A DNA stretch of 64,000 nucleotides from an uncultured Lachnospiraceae bacterium (GCA_964584475.1 CAZPAF010000001.1:22094-86093), one strand, 5' to 3'; shown: positions 19,736-29,713, counted from the stretch's first letter. The notes: generated by a model not told the origin, from the sequence alone. Numbers and translations: made by a program.

Positions 19736-20377
19736 TTAATTTTTCCCTTTATTTTCTTCTAATTGTTTTTTTCTATACTCATCAAAATCTATCGTTTTTC
19801 CTGTTCCTCTAGTTACAACTCCATCTCTTTTAAATACTTTATAAACTGTTTTAAATAAAATTTTCAAATCATTTATAAAAGTAATATTTTCAACATACTC
19901 AATGTCGTAGGCAAATCTTTCTTCCCAATTTAAAGCATTTCTACCATTAATTTGAGCAAGGCCAGTTAACCCTGGTCTTACTGAATGTCTTTTCTTTTCT
20001 TCTTCATTGTAATAAGGTAAATAACAAACAGCCAGTGGTCTTGGACCAATTAAACTCATTTCACCTTTTAAGATATTTACAAGTTCTGGAAGTTCATCTA
20101 AACTTGTCGCTCTTAAAATCTTACCAAACTTTGTTAGTCTTTCTGAATCTGGTAATAGTTTTCCATTTTCATCTTTTTTATCAGACATACTTCTAAATTT
20201 ATAAAGCTTAAATATTTTTTCATCTTTTCCTGGACGCTCTTGTTTGAATATTACTGGACTTCCAAATTTTATTCTAACTAATATTGCTACTATTAACATT
20301 ACTGGTGATAAAATGATTAAAGCTGTTGAACTTATCACAATATCTAATAATCTTTTAATATATTTTTTGTACATCAT
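19736..20377 (-). CDS. Initiating phosphoglycosyl transferase (bacterial sugar transferase, PglC/WbaP C-terminal type)
   Basis: One N-terminal TM, then PVIFKQERPGKDEKIFKLYKFRSM...DELPELVNILKGEMSLIGPRP. The start is ambiguous (TTG 20386, ATG 20377 or 20374). Confidence 0.9.
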   Translation of the reverse strand: MMYKKYIKRLLDIVISSTALIILSPVMLIVAILVRIKFGSPVIFKQERPGKDEKIFKLYKFRSMSDKKDENGKLLPDSERLTKFGKILRATSLDELPELVNILKGEMSLIGPRPLAVCYLPYYNEEEKKRHSVRPGLTGLAQINGRNALNWEERFAYDIEYVENITFINDLKILFKTVYKVFKRDGVVTRGTGKTIDFDEYRKKQLEENKGKN

Positions 20378-20410
20378 TTTCTCCAAAATAGGTATTTCTT
20401 ATATTATTTT

Positions 20411-21535
20411 CTAAAATAATTTTTTTATAATATTAATTACTCTCTCTAAATCTTCTTCAGTCATTTTTGTATCAGATGGAAGACAAACTCCTCTATTAAA
20501 TAGATCTTCTCCAACACTAATTCCAGATTCATTTTCATTTATAAAATCATATTTTTCAAATACTGGTTGCAAATGCATTGGTTTCCATACTGGTCTTGAT
20601 TCTATATTTTCTTTTTCTAAAGCAAGAATTATATCTAATGGTTTTACTTTAGAATTTTCTTTTAAAGTCATTGCAGATAGCCATTGGTTAGATCTTTCAT
20701 TTTCGTTTTCTGGCATCATTTCAATGTCTTCAATATCCTTAAAAGCTTCTTTATATTTTTCAAAAATTTCATTTTTCTTAGATATTCTGTCTTCTAGAAC
20801 TTTCATTTGCCCTCTACCAATTCCAGCTAAAACATTGCTCATTCTGTAATTATATCCTATTTCTGAATGTTGATAATGACGAGCTGGATCTTTACTTTGA
20901 GTTGACCAAAATCTTACTTTGTTTGCCATTTCTTCATCATTTGAAACAAACATTCCTCCACCTGTTGTTGTAATTATTTTATTTCCGTTAAATGAAAGTG
21001 CACTACATGTCCCATAAGTTCCAAGATATTTTCCTTCATAAATTGTTCCAAGTCCTTCTGCAGCATCTTCTAAAATTGGAACATTATGCTCTTCGCATAT
21101 TTTTACAATTTCTTTCATATTAGCAGCTCTACCATATAGATGAACAACCACAACTGCTTTTGGAGTATATTTTTCAAATGCCTTTCTTAAAGCTTTTGGA
21201 CTCATATTCCAAGTTCCATATTCTGAATCAATAAATACAGGTTTTGCACTTTCATAAACAATTGGATTTACACTCGCAGAAAATGTTAAATCTGATACAA
21301 AAACAATATCATCTTTTTGTACTCCAAGAGCTTTTAAACCAAGATGAATTGCTGATGTTCCACTTCCTAAAGCAACTACTGCTTTTACTCCTAAATAATC
21401 TTTTACAGCTTTTTCAAATTCATTTATATTTTCTCCAACTGTTGAAAGCCAATTAGTATCAAAAGCTTCTTTTACATATTTTTCTTCGAATTTTTCATCT
21501 GACATATGAGGTGATGCTAAATATATTTTTTTCAT
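20411..21535 (-). CDS. DegT/DnrJ/EryC1-family sugar aminotransferase (PglE-like)
   Basis: 374 aa with GSGTSAIHLGL, a DAAEGLG motif, and SFNGNKIITTTGGGM containing the PLP lysine. Confidence 0.9.
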   Translation of the reverse strand: MKKIYLASPHMSDEKFEEKYVKEAFDTNWLSTVGENINEFEKAVKDYLGVKAVVALGSGTSAIHLGLKALGVQKDDIVFVSDLTFSASVNPIVYESAKPVFIDSEYGTWNMSPKALRKAFEKYTPKAVVVVHLYGRAANMKEIVKICEEHNVPILEDAAEGLGTIYEGKYLGTYGTCSALSFNGNKIITTTGGGMFVSNDEEMANKVRFWSTQSKDPARHYQHSEIGYNYRMSNVLAGIGRGQMKVLEDRISKKNEIFEKYKEAFKDIEDIEMMPENENERSNQWLSAMTLKENSKVKPLDIILALEKENIESRPVWKPMHLQPVFEKYDFINENESGISVGEDLFNRGVCLPSDTKMTEEDLERVINIIKKLF

Positions 21536-21538
21536 AAA

Positions 21539-23449
21539 CTATTCCTCTTTTCTTTTATTCACTTCTTCTGGTTCTTTATATGTTGGAACTACATCTTTCA
21601 TAATTTGTTTTACATCTTTTAATTTTACTTTATCTTCTTCAAGATTTAATATTTCATTAAATTTTGAAAGTTTTGTTTCAACATCATTCATTGTTATATC
21701 TAAAGGCTCTGCTACAAATATTTTATTATGTGCAGTTTTCTCCAAGCCTTCTTCTCCCATTAGAAGTTCTTCGTAAAGTTTTTCTCCTGGTCTTAACCCT
21801 GTAACTTTTATTTCTATATCTTCATTTGGTACTAATCCAGAAAGTTTTATTAAGCTTTCTGCCAAATCATAAATCTTAACAGGCTCTCCCATATCTAAAA
21901 CAAATATTTCTCCACCTGCCGCATAAGTCATAGCTTGAAGTACAAGTTCTACAGCTTCAGGAATTGTCATAAAAAATCTTGTTATTTCTTTATGAGTTAC
22001 TGTAACTGGTCCACCATCCGCTATTTGTTTTTTAAATAGTGGTACAACAGAACCGTTGCTTCCTAAAACATTTCCAAAACGTACTGCTGCAAATTCTGTT
22101 TTTGATTCTTTATTTTTTGCTTGAACAATCATTTCACAAATACGTTTTGTTGCTCCCATTATATTTGTTGGGTTAACAGCTTTGTCTGTTGATATAAGGA
22201 TAAAACGTTTTACTTTATATTTATCACTTGCATTTACTACATTATAAGTTCCAAAAACATTATTTTTTATAGCTTCTAATGGACTTTTTTCCATTAATGG
22301 TACATGTTTGTGTGCAGCTGCATGAAATACTAAATAAGGATTATATTTTTCAAAAATACTTTCTAATCTTTTTTTATCTCTTACACTTGCTACAATGGCT
22401 TCAATTTTTAATTTTGGATATTTGGATTTTAATTCTTGCTCTATATCATACAAATTGTTTTCATAAATATCTAATATTACAAGTTTTTCTGGTTTATATT
22501 TTGCAATTTGACGACAAAGTTCAGAACCAATTGAACCACCGCCACCTGTAACTAAAATAACTTTATTTTTTATTAAACATTCAATGTTTTTATTATCTAA
22601 TTTTATAGGATTTCTTCCTAGTAAATCTTCGATTTCAACATCTCTTAAATTTTCAAATAATTGTTTATTTTTAACAATTTCTCTTAAACCTGGAAGAACT
22701 CTAACTTTTACTTTTGTCGACTGACAAATATTTAAAATTTGCTTTTTATTTTCATTATCTATATTTGCAATAGAAAAATAAATTAAATCCACATCATTAT
22801 TTTTGCAAATTTCTGGTATATCATTTCTTTTTCCAATAATTTTAACTCCAGAAACTGTAAATCCTTGTCTTTTTACATTGTCATCTATAATACCAACAAT
22901 ATTATATTTGTCTTGCATATTCATTTGAATTGTATTTATGATTTCATGAGAAGCATTTCCCGCACCTATAATTAATAGATTTTTTCTATTTTCTTTATTT
23001 ACTATAAGTCCTTTGTTTACTACATCAGCAATTAACATATATCTAGCAATTATTCTATAAGAAACCATCATAATTCCTATAAAAATACCAGCTAAAATAT
23101 TTAATTTTGCAGTTGCAATATGAAGATGGAATATTTCTCTTATTATTGAGACAATTATTGATGATATTATTGATAATGCTAAATAACTAACATAGTCTTT
23201 GGAATTTTCATATCTTATAATTTGTTTATATTTTTTTGTTAAATGAAATACAATTTGATAAACAATTATAGAAAGTCCTATTGTTCCTTTCAGTCTATTT
23301 GCATAATATGAAGAAATATCAAACAATGTGTCTTCTGATACTAATAAAACTCCTAAAAAATAAGCTATAGCAATACATAATATATCTGTTGCTATTAATA
23401 TAATATTTCTAAATTTACTTAATTTTTTTAAAAATTTAAATTTTTTCAC
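21539..23449 (-). CDS. Membrane-anchored UDP-HexNAc 4,6-dehydratase (CapD/PglF family)
   Basis: 636 aa with 4 N-terminal TM segments, two Rossmann motifs (LLIIGAGNAS; VTGGGGSIGSEL) and STDKAVNPTNIMGATKR. GTG start with AAGGAAA upstream. Confidence 0.9.
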   Translation of the reverse strand: MKKFKFLKKLSKFRNIILIATDILCIAIAYFLGVLLVSEDTLFDISSYYANRLKGTIGLSIIVYQIVFHLTKKYKQIIRYENSKDYVSYLALSIISSIIVSIIREIFHLHIATAKLNILAGIFIGIMMVSYRIIARYMLIADVVNKGLIVNKENRKNLLIIGAGNASHEIINTIQMNMQDKYNIVGIIDDNVKRQGFTVSGVKIIGKRNDIPEICKNNDVDLIYFSIANIDNENKKQILNICQSTKVKVRVLPGLREIVKNKQLFENLRDVEIEDLLGRNPIKLDNKNIECLIKNKVILVTGGGGSIGSELCRQIAKYKPEKLVILDIYENNLYDIEQELKSKYPKLKIEAIVASVRDKKRLESIFEKYNPYLVFHAAAHKHVPLMEKSPLEAIKNNVFGTYNVVNASDKYKVKRFILISTDKAVNPTNIMGATKRICEMIVQAKNKESKTEFAAVRFGNVLGSNGSVVPLFKKQIADGGPVTVTHKEITRFFMTIPEAVELVLQAMTYAAGGEIFVLDMGEPVKIYDLAESLIKLSGLVPNEDIEIKVTGLRPGEKLYEELLMGEEGLEKTAHNKIFVAEPLDITMNDVETKLSKFNEILNLEEDKVKLKDVKQIMKDVVPTYKEPEEVNKRKEE

Positions 23450-23571
23450 TTTTATTTTCCTTTTATTTTTTATATTTCAAAAATGTTATTTTCATCTTGT
23501 AATTTTATCATTATATGCTTTTTTTTTCAACCAAAAATCACCCCATTTTTGTGAATTTTTAGAGTTTTTTA

Positions 23572-23600
23572 AAGAAAAAAGCACTCTTTTTAGAGTGCTT
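23572..23600 (-). terminator. Rho-independent terminator after rfbB
   Basis: Hairpin aagcactc-ttttta-gagtgctt preceded by an A-run (a T-run on the minus strand). Confidence 0.6.
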
Positions 23601-23610
23601 TAAAAACAAA

Positions 23611-24582
23611 TTATTTCATTAAATATTCTGGATGTGCTAAATACCAATCTATAGTTTTAACAATACCATCTTTAAACATTGTTTTTGGTTCCCAACCAAA
23701 TTCTTCTTTTAATTTTGTAGGATCGATTGCATATCTGTAATCATGTCCTTTTCTGTCTTCAACATAAGAGATTAAAGATTCTGGTTTTCCTAATCTTTCT
23801 AATATTAATTTAACGATTTCTATATTTCTTTTTTCGTTGTGTCCACCAATATTGTATCTTTCACCTTTTCTTCCTTGGTGTAATACAATATCAATAGCTT
23901 CACAGTGATCTTCAACAAATAACCAATCTCTGATGTTTAATCCTTGTCCATAAACTGGTAATTGTTCATCTTTTAATGCTTTTGAAATCATATGTGGTAT
24001 TAATTTTTCATGATGTTGATATGGTCCGTAGTTATTTGAACAGTTTGTCACTGTTACATTCATTTTATATGTTTCGCAATAAGCTAAAGCTATTAAATCT
24101 GATCCAGCTTTTGATGATGAATATGGGCTGTTTGGTTGAATTGGAGATTTTTCTGTGAAATATCCTGTTTCTCCTAATGTTCCATAAACTTCATCTGTAG
24201 AAACGTGAACAAATTTATTTTCACTTCCTTCTCCCCAGAATAGTTTAGCAGCTTCTAATAAAGTATGTGTTCCAATTACATTTGTTTGTGTAAATACAAA
24301 TGGATTTTTGATACTGTTATCAACATGTGATTCAGCAGCAAAGTGAACAACTGCGTCTATATCATATTTTTTGTATGTTTCTTTTACAAATTCAAAATCA
24401 CAAATATCACCTTGTACAAATGTTATTTTGTCCTTTATATTATCTAAGTTATGTAGATTTCCTGCATAAGTTAATTTATCAAATACAATTATATTGTATT
24501 TTCCTTCATATTTTTTTACCATTAATTCAGCAAAATTTGCTCCTATAAATCCTGCTGCTCCTGTTACTAAAATGTTTTTCAT
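23611..24582 (-). CDS. rfbB: dTDP-glucose 4,6-dehydratase
   Basis: ILVTGAAGFIGANF, STDEVYG, YSSSKAGSD; 323 aa. Confidence 0.95.
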   Translation of the reverse strand: MKNILVTGAAGFIGANFAELMVKKYEGKYNIIVFDKLTYAGNLHNLDNIKDKITFVQGDICDFEFVKETYKKYDIDAVVHFAAESHVDNSIKNPFVFTQTNVIGTHTLLEAAKLFWGEGSENKFVHVSTDEVYGTLGETGYFTEKSPIQPNSPYSSSKAGSDLIALAYCETYKMNVTVTNCSNNYGPYQHHEKLIPHMISKALKDEQLPVYGQGLNIRDWLFVEDHCEAIDIVLHQGRKGERYNIGGHNEKRNIEIVKLILERLGKPESLISYVEDRKGHDYRYAIDPTKLKEEFGWEPKTMFKDGIVKTIDWYLAHPEYLMK

Positions 24583-24595
24583 TTTCTTTCCCCTT

Positions 24596-25180
24596 TTATT
24601 TTAAATTTTGAAATAAATCTGTGTTTTTTAATTCTGCTAAACTTGGCCATTTTCCATCTTTTTCAGATGTTAAATATTCTTCTGGGCTCATTCCAGGAAC
24701 TTCTGGCCATACAATTCCAACATCTGGATCATTCCATTTTAATCCACCTTCTCCAGCATGGTTATATACATCATCACATTTATAAGCGAATTCAGCTTCT
24801 TCTGATAATACTAAGAATCCATGAGCAAATCCTCTAGGAATCATAAACATTTTTTTGTTTTCTTCTGAAAGAATAACTCCTTCCCATTTTCCATAAGTTT
24901 CACTTCCTGGTCTTAAATCAACTGCAACATCAAAAACTTCACCTTTTATACATCTAACTAGTTTTGCTTGAGTATTTTCTTTTTGGAAATGTAATCCTCT
25001 TAAAACACCTTTTTTTGATTTAGATTGATTATCTTGAACAAATTCGTTTGTTATTCCTATTTCTTCAAAATCATTTTTGCTATATGTTTCCATAAAATAT
25101 CCTCTATTATCACCGAAAACAGTAGGTTCTATAACATATACACCTTTGATTGAAGTATCAATTCTTGTAAATTTACCCAT
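24596..25180 (-). CDS. rfbC: dTDP-4-dehydrorhamnose 3,5-epimerase
   Basis: GVYVIEPTVFGDNRGYF, GVLRGLHFQ. Start placed at the ATG at 25180 (MGKFTRI..., GAAAGGAAG upstream) rather than the extended ORF-track start at 25255. Confidence 0.9.
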   Translation of the reverse strand: MGKFTRIDTSIKGVYVIEPTVFGDNRGYFMETYSKNDFEEIGITNEFVQDNQSKSKKGVLRGLHFQKENTQAKLVRCIKGEVFDVAVDLRPGSETYGKWEGVILSEENKKMFMIPRGFAHGFLVLSEEAEFAYKCDDVYNHAGEGGLKWNDPDVGIVWPEVPGMSPEEYLTSEKDGKWPSLAELKNTDLFQNLK

Positions 25181-25332
25181 TTTATTCTTCCTTTCAAAAT
25201 TGATTTTATTTAATATTTTCTTCTTTTTTATATCAAAAAAATTAATATATTTCAAGTCCCATTTACAGCAATTAAGCTGTAAAATCTATTTTCATTTACA
25301 GCCTAATCACTTCTCTTTATTAATTTCTTCAA

Positions 25333-26250
25333 TTAATTTGCATTAAATAAATCACTTTCGTAAATATCTTTATATTGTTTAAAATCTTGTTCTGCAACTC
25401 TTTTTAAATATTTTCCGTATTCTGTTTTTTTGTATTTTTCGGCTTCTCCTAAAAGTTGTTCTTTAGTAATCCATTCATTTTTATAAGCAATTTCTTCTAA
25501 GCAAGCAATTTGAACACCTTGTCTTAATTCTATAGCTTTAACATAATCTGAAGCATCAGCAAGTCTATCTGCAGAACCTGTATCAAACCAAGCATATCCT
25601 TTTCCTAAAGGAATAACTTGTAGTTTTCCTTTTTCCATATATGTTTTATTAACATCTGTTATTTCTAGTTCTCCTCTTGGAGATGGTTTTATTGATTTTG
25701 CAATTTGTACAACTTCATTATCATAGAAATAAATTCCTGGTACAGCAAAATGAGATTTTGGATGTTCTGGTTTTTCTTCTATAGAAAGGGCTTTTCCTGT
25801 TGAATCAATTTCAACAACACCATAAGATGTTGGATCTGCTACTTGATATCCAAATATAATTCCACCTTCTTTTAATTTACTAGCTGCTTTTAAAACTCTT
25901 TCAACTCTTGATCCGTAAATCATATTGTCTCCTAAGATTAAAGCAACATTATCATCACCTATAAAATCTGCACCTAAAATAAATGCATCAGCTAGTCCAA
26001 CTGGTTTTTCTTGAACTTTATATTCAAATTTCATACCAAATCTTGAACCATCACCTAATAAACTTTCAAATGCTGGTAAGTGAACTGGTGTAGATATAAT
26101 TAATACTTCTTTTATACCAGCCATCATTAATGTTGATAATGGATAATAAATCATTGGTTTATCATATACTGGTAACATTTGTTTTGAAACTGCTAAAGTA
26201 ATTGGATAAAGTCTTGTAGCACTTCCTCCTGCTAAAATAATTCCTTTCAT
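25333..26250 (-). CDS. rfbA: Glucose-1-phosphate thymidylyltransferase
   Basis: [18 protein letters not shown]..., GLADAF, LGDN. The ATG at 26250 overlaps the rfbD stop as TAATG. The ORF-track extension to 26295 is rejected. Confidence 0.95.
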   Translation of the reverse strand: MKGIILAGGSATRLYPITLAVSKQMLPVYDKPMIYYPLSTLMMAGIKEVLIISTPVHLPAFESLLGDGSRFGMKFEYKVQEKPVGLADAFILGADFIGDDNVALILGDNMIYGSRVERVLKAASKLKEGGIIFGYQVADPTSYGVVEIDSTGKALSIEEKPEHPKSHFAVPGIYFYDNEVVQIAKSIKPSPRGELEITDVNKTYMEKGKLQVIPLGKGYAWFDTGSADRLADASDYVKAIELRQGVQIACLEEIAYKNEWITKEQLLGEAEKYKKTEYGKYLKRVAEQDFKQYKDIYESDLFNAN

Positions 26251-27110
26251 TATTTTAATTCCTCCTTTAAATATTCTTCTAAAGCTACTTCCCACGCTTC
26301 AGGTATTATTCCTACATTTTTTAATTTTTCTTTTGATAATTGGCTATTTGAAGGTCTATCACTTGATTGTGGATACATCTCTTTATATTCTTTCGAAGTT
26401 ATAGCTTTAACATTTGTAGATATATTTGCTAGTTCAAATATTTTTCTTGTAAATCTGCACCATGTTGTAAATCCTTCATTTGTTGAATGATATACTCCAT
26501 ATTCTGGTTCTTTTTCCATAATTGACTCGATTATTTTGCAAAGTGTAGTTGTAGATGTTGGACTTCCATGTTGATCATCAACTACAGTTAATTCATCTCT
26601 ATCTTGTGATAATCTAAGCATTGTTTTTACAAAGTTTTTTCCACCTAATCCATAAAGCCAAGCTGTTCTTAAAATATAATATTTTTCAGCTTTTGCTGCA
26701 TTTTCTTCACCAACAAGTTTTGTTCTTCCATAAGCACTTACAGGCTCAGGTTTCATATCCTCTGTATAAATTTGGTCTACTGGTAAATTTCCTGGAAATA
26801 CATAATCTGTACTAATATGTATAAATGTAGCATCTTGTGTTTTAGCAGCTTCTGCAATATTAGCTACCGCTGTTCCATTAACAGCCATTGCTAAATCTGT
26901 ATTTACTTCGCATCCATCAACATTTGTGTATGCTGCACAATTTATTATAAAATATGGTTTTACTTCTTCTGCTTTAGCTAAAACTGCATCTTTATCTGTT
27001 ATGTCTAATGTTTCTAAAGTTGTTCCTGTTACATCATAGATTTTTTCTAATCTTTCTTTTAATTCACCGCCAAGCATTCCATCTGCTCCGATTAATAAAA
27101 CTTTTTTCAT
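26250..27110 (-). CDS. rfbD: dTDP-4-dehydrorhamnose reductase
   Basis: [25 protein letters not shown]; 286 aa. Confidence 0.9.
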   Translation of the reverse strand: MKKVLLIGADGMLGGELKERLEKIYDVTGTTLETLDITDKDAVLAKAEEVKPYFIINCAAYTNVDGCEVNTDLAMAVNGTAVANIAEAAKTQDATFIHISTDYVFPGNLPVDQIYTEDMKPEPVSAYGRTKLVGEENAAKAEKYYILRTAWLYGLGGKNFVKTMLRLSQDRDELTVVDDQHGSPTSTTTLCKIIESIMEKEPEYGVYHSTNEGFTTWCRFTRKIFELANISTNVKAITSKEYKEMYPQSSDRPSNSQLSKEKLKNVGIIPEAWEVALEEYLKEELK

Positions 27111-27145
27111 CTTTTTCCTTCCTCTATACTAAATTTGATATACGC

Positions 27146-27173
27146 ATTATATCACAGCGTTTTCTAATGTCAA
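27146..27173 (-). promoter_or_regulatory. Sigma-A-type promoter of the rml operon
   Basis: The minus strand reads TTGACA-16 nt-TATAAT, about 35 nt upstream of the rfbD ATG. Confidence 0.55.
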
Positions 27174-27260
27174 AGCTTTTTACAGCCATTTCACAAAATA
27201 CACAAAACTTTCACAAAACTCTGTAACATTAGAACAAAAAGCATTTACAAATTATACATA

Positions 27261-28325
27261 CTATATAAAAAGCAATGCAGGAATTCCGCTCAATGCAGAA
27301 AATATTGTCAATAAAATCAAGAATATTTTTTGATAATTTTTATCTAAATAATTTAAAAACAAAAATGTTAATAATGTAAGTTCAGCCGCAAATAAATATA
27401 AAAATTTAAGCCCTGAAAATTGTGTTGGATATTTTATGAAAGCTAAAATACAAATTGAAATTACTGTAAATCTCATTTGATGACTTAATCTAAATGAAAA
27501 GTCTTTTACATTTCCTAAAAAATAGAAAATCACAAATAGATTAGCAAGTTGTACCGCAGGAACTACTCTTACAGCACTAACTTCTGATAACATTGTAAAT
27601 TTATTTATTATCTCTGGAAATCCCGAAATACAATAAACTGTTTCAAAAACAGTTACTATTGTAATTGGTAATAAAAATTCAGAATGTTCTTCTTTTTTAT
27701 ACATATAATATAAAGCTATGCACATTGGAATTGGAAATATTGAAGCAATTCCAGCCCATATATCTGGATTGCTTACATCATTAAAGGCAAGCAGTGGTGT
27801 ATACAAGTATGTGAATATTCCTGATATTCCCGCTGTCATATTATATTCAATATAATCTTTATAAACATTTCCAAAAAATACTTCTGCACATATTGCTCCA
27901 ATAATACTTAAACCAATAGTTAAACAAATTATTATTGTTTTAGATTTATTCGCTTTTATTTCTTTTATATTTTTTACTATTAACCAAACTATTAATGACA
28001 AAAATACATATCCGAAACTTATTGCAAAAGGTCTAAATGTATACATATAAACAACGCTAGATGCAATTATTATTAACATCATAGGAATTATTTTTTTATA
28101 ACTTTTTTCTTCTATGATTTTATGAATCAAAACTGTTATTAAACTTCCTAATACAATCGAATCGATTTTATCTAAATTCCACATCACACAACCAGAAAAA
28201 GCCAGAACCAAAGTTCCAGCTATTGACATCTTTTTATTCTTATTTGTGATTATAGAAAAAAGTTCAAAACTTGTAAAAACTAACGCTATAAATTTTACAA
28301 CAAGCCATACTACTTCTAATTTCAT
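27261..28325 (-). CDS. Polytopic membrane protein, unknown function
   Basis: 354 aa with about 10 hydrophobic segments. No recognisable motif. Confidence 0.5.
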   Translation of the reverse strand: MKLEVVWLVVKFIALVFTSFELFSIITNKNKKMSIAGTLVLAFSGCVMWNLDKIDSIVLGSLITVLIHKIIEEKSYKKIIPMMLIIIASSVVYMYTFRPFAISFGYVFLSLIVWLIVKNIKEIKANKSKTIIICLTIGLSIIGAICAEVFFGNVYKDYIEYNMTAGISGIFTYLYTPLLAFNDVSNPDIWAGIASIFPIPMCIALYYMYKKEEHSEFLLPITIVTVFETVYCISGFPEIINKFTMLSEVSAVRVVPAVQLANLFVIFYFLGNVKDFSFRLSHQMRFTVISICILAFIKYPTQFSGLKFLYLFAAELTLLTFLFLNYLDKNYQKIFLILLTIFSALSGIPALLFI

Positions 28326-28347
28326 TAACTTTTGTATCTCCTTTTAT

Positions 28348-29616
28348 TTATTTTCTTTCTTTATTTGTTTGTCTTTCTCTAGCAATTCCCATATTATTTG
28401 ATGGAACATCTTCTGTAATTGTTGAACCAGCTGCAATTAAAACATCATCTCCAATAGTTACTGGTGCAACAAAATTTACATTAGATCCAATAAATGCTCT
28501 GTCTCCTATAACTGTTTTATTTTTGTTTACTCCATCATAATTACATGTTATAGTTCCACAGCCAATATTTCCATCTTCACCTACTTCTGCATCTCCTAAA
28601 TAAATAAAATGAGGAACTTTAGTTCTATCTCCTATTTTTACATTTTTAATTTCAACACAATTACCAATTTTTACTTCATTTCCAATTATAGAGTTTTCTC
28701 TGATATATGCATTAGGTCCAATTTCACAATTTTCACCAATTATAACTCCACTTTTGATAATTGTATTTGGATGAATTACAGTATCCATTCCAATTATTAC
28801 ATCATCATGAATATATGTTGAATTTTCATCTTCAATTGTAACACCATTTTTCATGTGATATGCATTATTTCTCATTCTTAAAACTCTTGTTAAAAGTTCA
28901 AGTTGAGCTCTATCATTAACTCCAAGAATTTCTGTATTATCTTCAACAATAACAGCTCCTGTTTTTAAACCTTTGTCATTCATAATTTTAATAACATCAG
29001 TTAAATAATATTCTCCTTGAGCATTATTGGGTTGAATATGTTCTAGCGCTGCTAATAATTCTTCAATATCAAAACAATAAATACCAGAGTTGATTTCTTT
29101 TATTTCTTTTTCAAACATATTAGCATCTTTTTCTTCTACAATAGCTTTTATATTTCCACCTTCGTCACGAATAATTCTTCCGTAACCTGTTGGATTTTCA
29201 TATATTGCAGTTAAAAGAGTAGCATATTCTTTATTTTTTATACTTTTTTCAACTAAAGTTTTTAATGTTGTTTCTCTAATAATAGGAACATCACCATAAA
29301 GAATTATAACTTTTCCTTTTTTTCCTTCTAAATATTTTGAAGCTTGCATAACAGCATGACCTGTTCCTAAAAGTTCATCTTGATATGCATATTTTACTGT
29401 ATCTTTAAGAACTGCTTCTACTTGTTCTCTTAAATGTCCAACAACAGCTATTACTTCATCAGAACCAATATTTGTAGCAAGCTCTGCAACTCTTTTTACT
29501 AATTCTTTTTCAAAAATTTTATGTACCAATTTTGATTTATTTGACTTCATTCTAGTACCTTTTCCAGCAGCCATAATCACAGTCATCACAAATTGTTCTT
29601 TCCCATCAATAATCAT
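28348..29616 (-). CDS. glmU: Bifunctional GlcNAc-1-phosphate uridyltransferase / GlcN-1-P acetyltransferase-like (GlmU-like)
   Basis: IMAAGKGTRMKS nucleotidyltransferase motif, followed by C-terminal hexapeptide (LbH) repeats. The start is uncertain: ATG 29616 (AAAGGTGA upstream), ATG 29586 or GTG 29625. Confidence 0.75.
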   Translation of the reverse strand: MIIDGKEQFVMTVIMAAGKGTRMKSNKSKLVHKIFEKELVKRVAELATNIGSDEVIAVVGHLREQVEAVLKDTVKYAYQDELLGTGHAVMQASKYLEGKKGKVIILYGDVPIIRETTLKTLVEKSIKNKEYATLLTAIYENPTGYGRIIRDEGGNIKAIVEEKDANMFEKEIKEINSGIYCFDIEELLAALEHIQPNNAQGEYYLTDVIKIMNDKGLKTGAVIVEDNTEILGVNDRAQLELLTRVLRMRNNAYHMKNGVTIEDENSTYIHDDVIIGMDTVIHPNTIIKSGVIIGENCEIGPNAYIRENSIIGNEVKIGNCVEIKNVKIGDRTKVPHFIYLGDAEVGEDGNIGCGTITCNYDGVNKNKTVIGDRAFIGSNVNFVAPVTIGDDVLIAAGSTITEDVPSNNMGIARERQTNKERK

Positions 29617-29713
29617 AAGTTTCACCTTTTAAAAATAAATTTGATTTATTTTACCTTTATTATCAATAATTTATTAATAATATACTCTATTTATATTATT
29701 AATTTCCAAAAGT

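Noticed and set aside
25181-25255. N-terminal extensions of rfbC (to 25255) and rfbA (26251-26295) in the ORF track
   Set aside because: The extensions add Lys/Asn/Ile-rich or basic tails that these enzyme families lack. The internal ATGs have good SDs and give canonical N-termini (MGKFTRI..., MKGIILAGG...).
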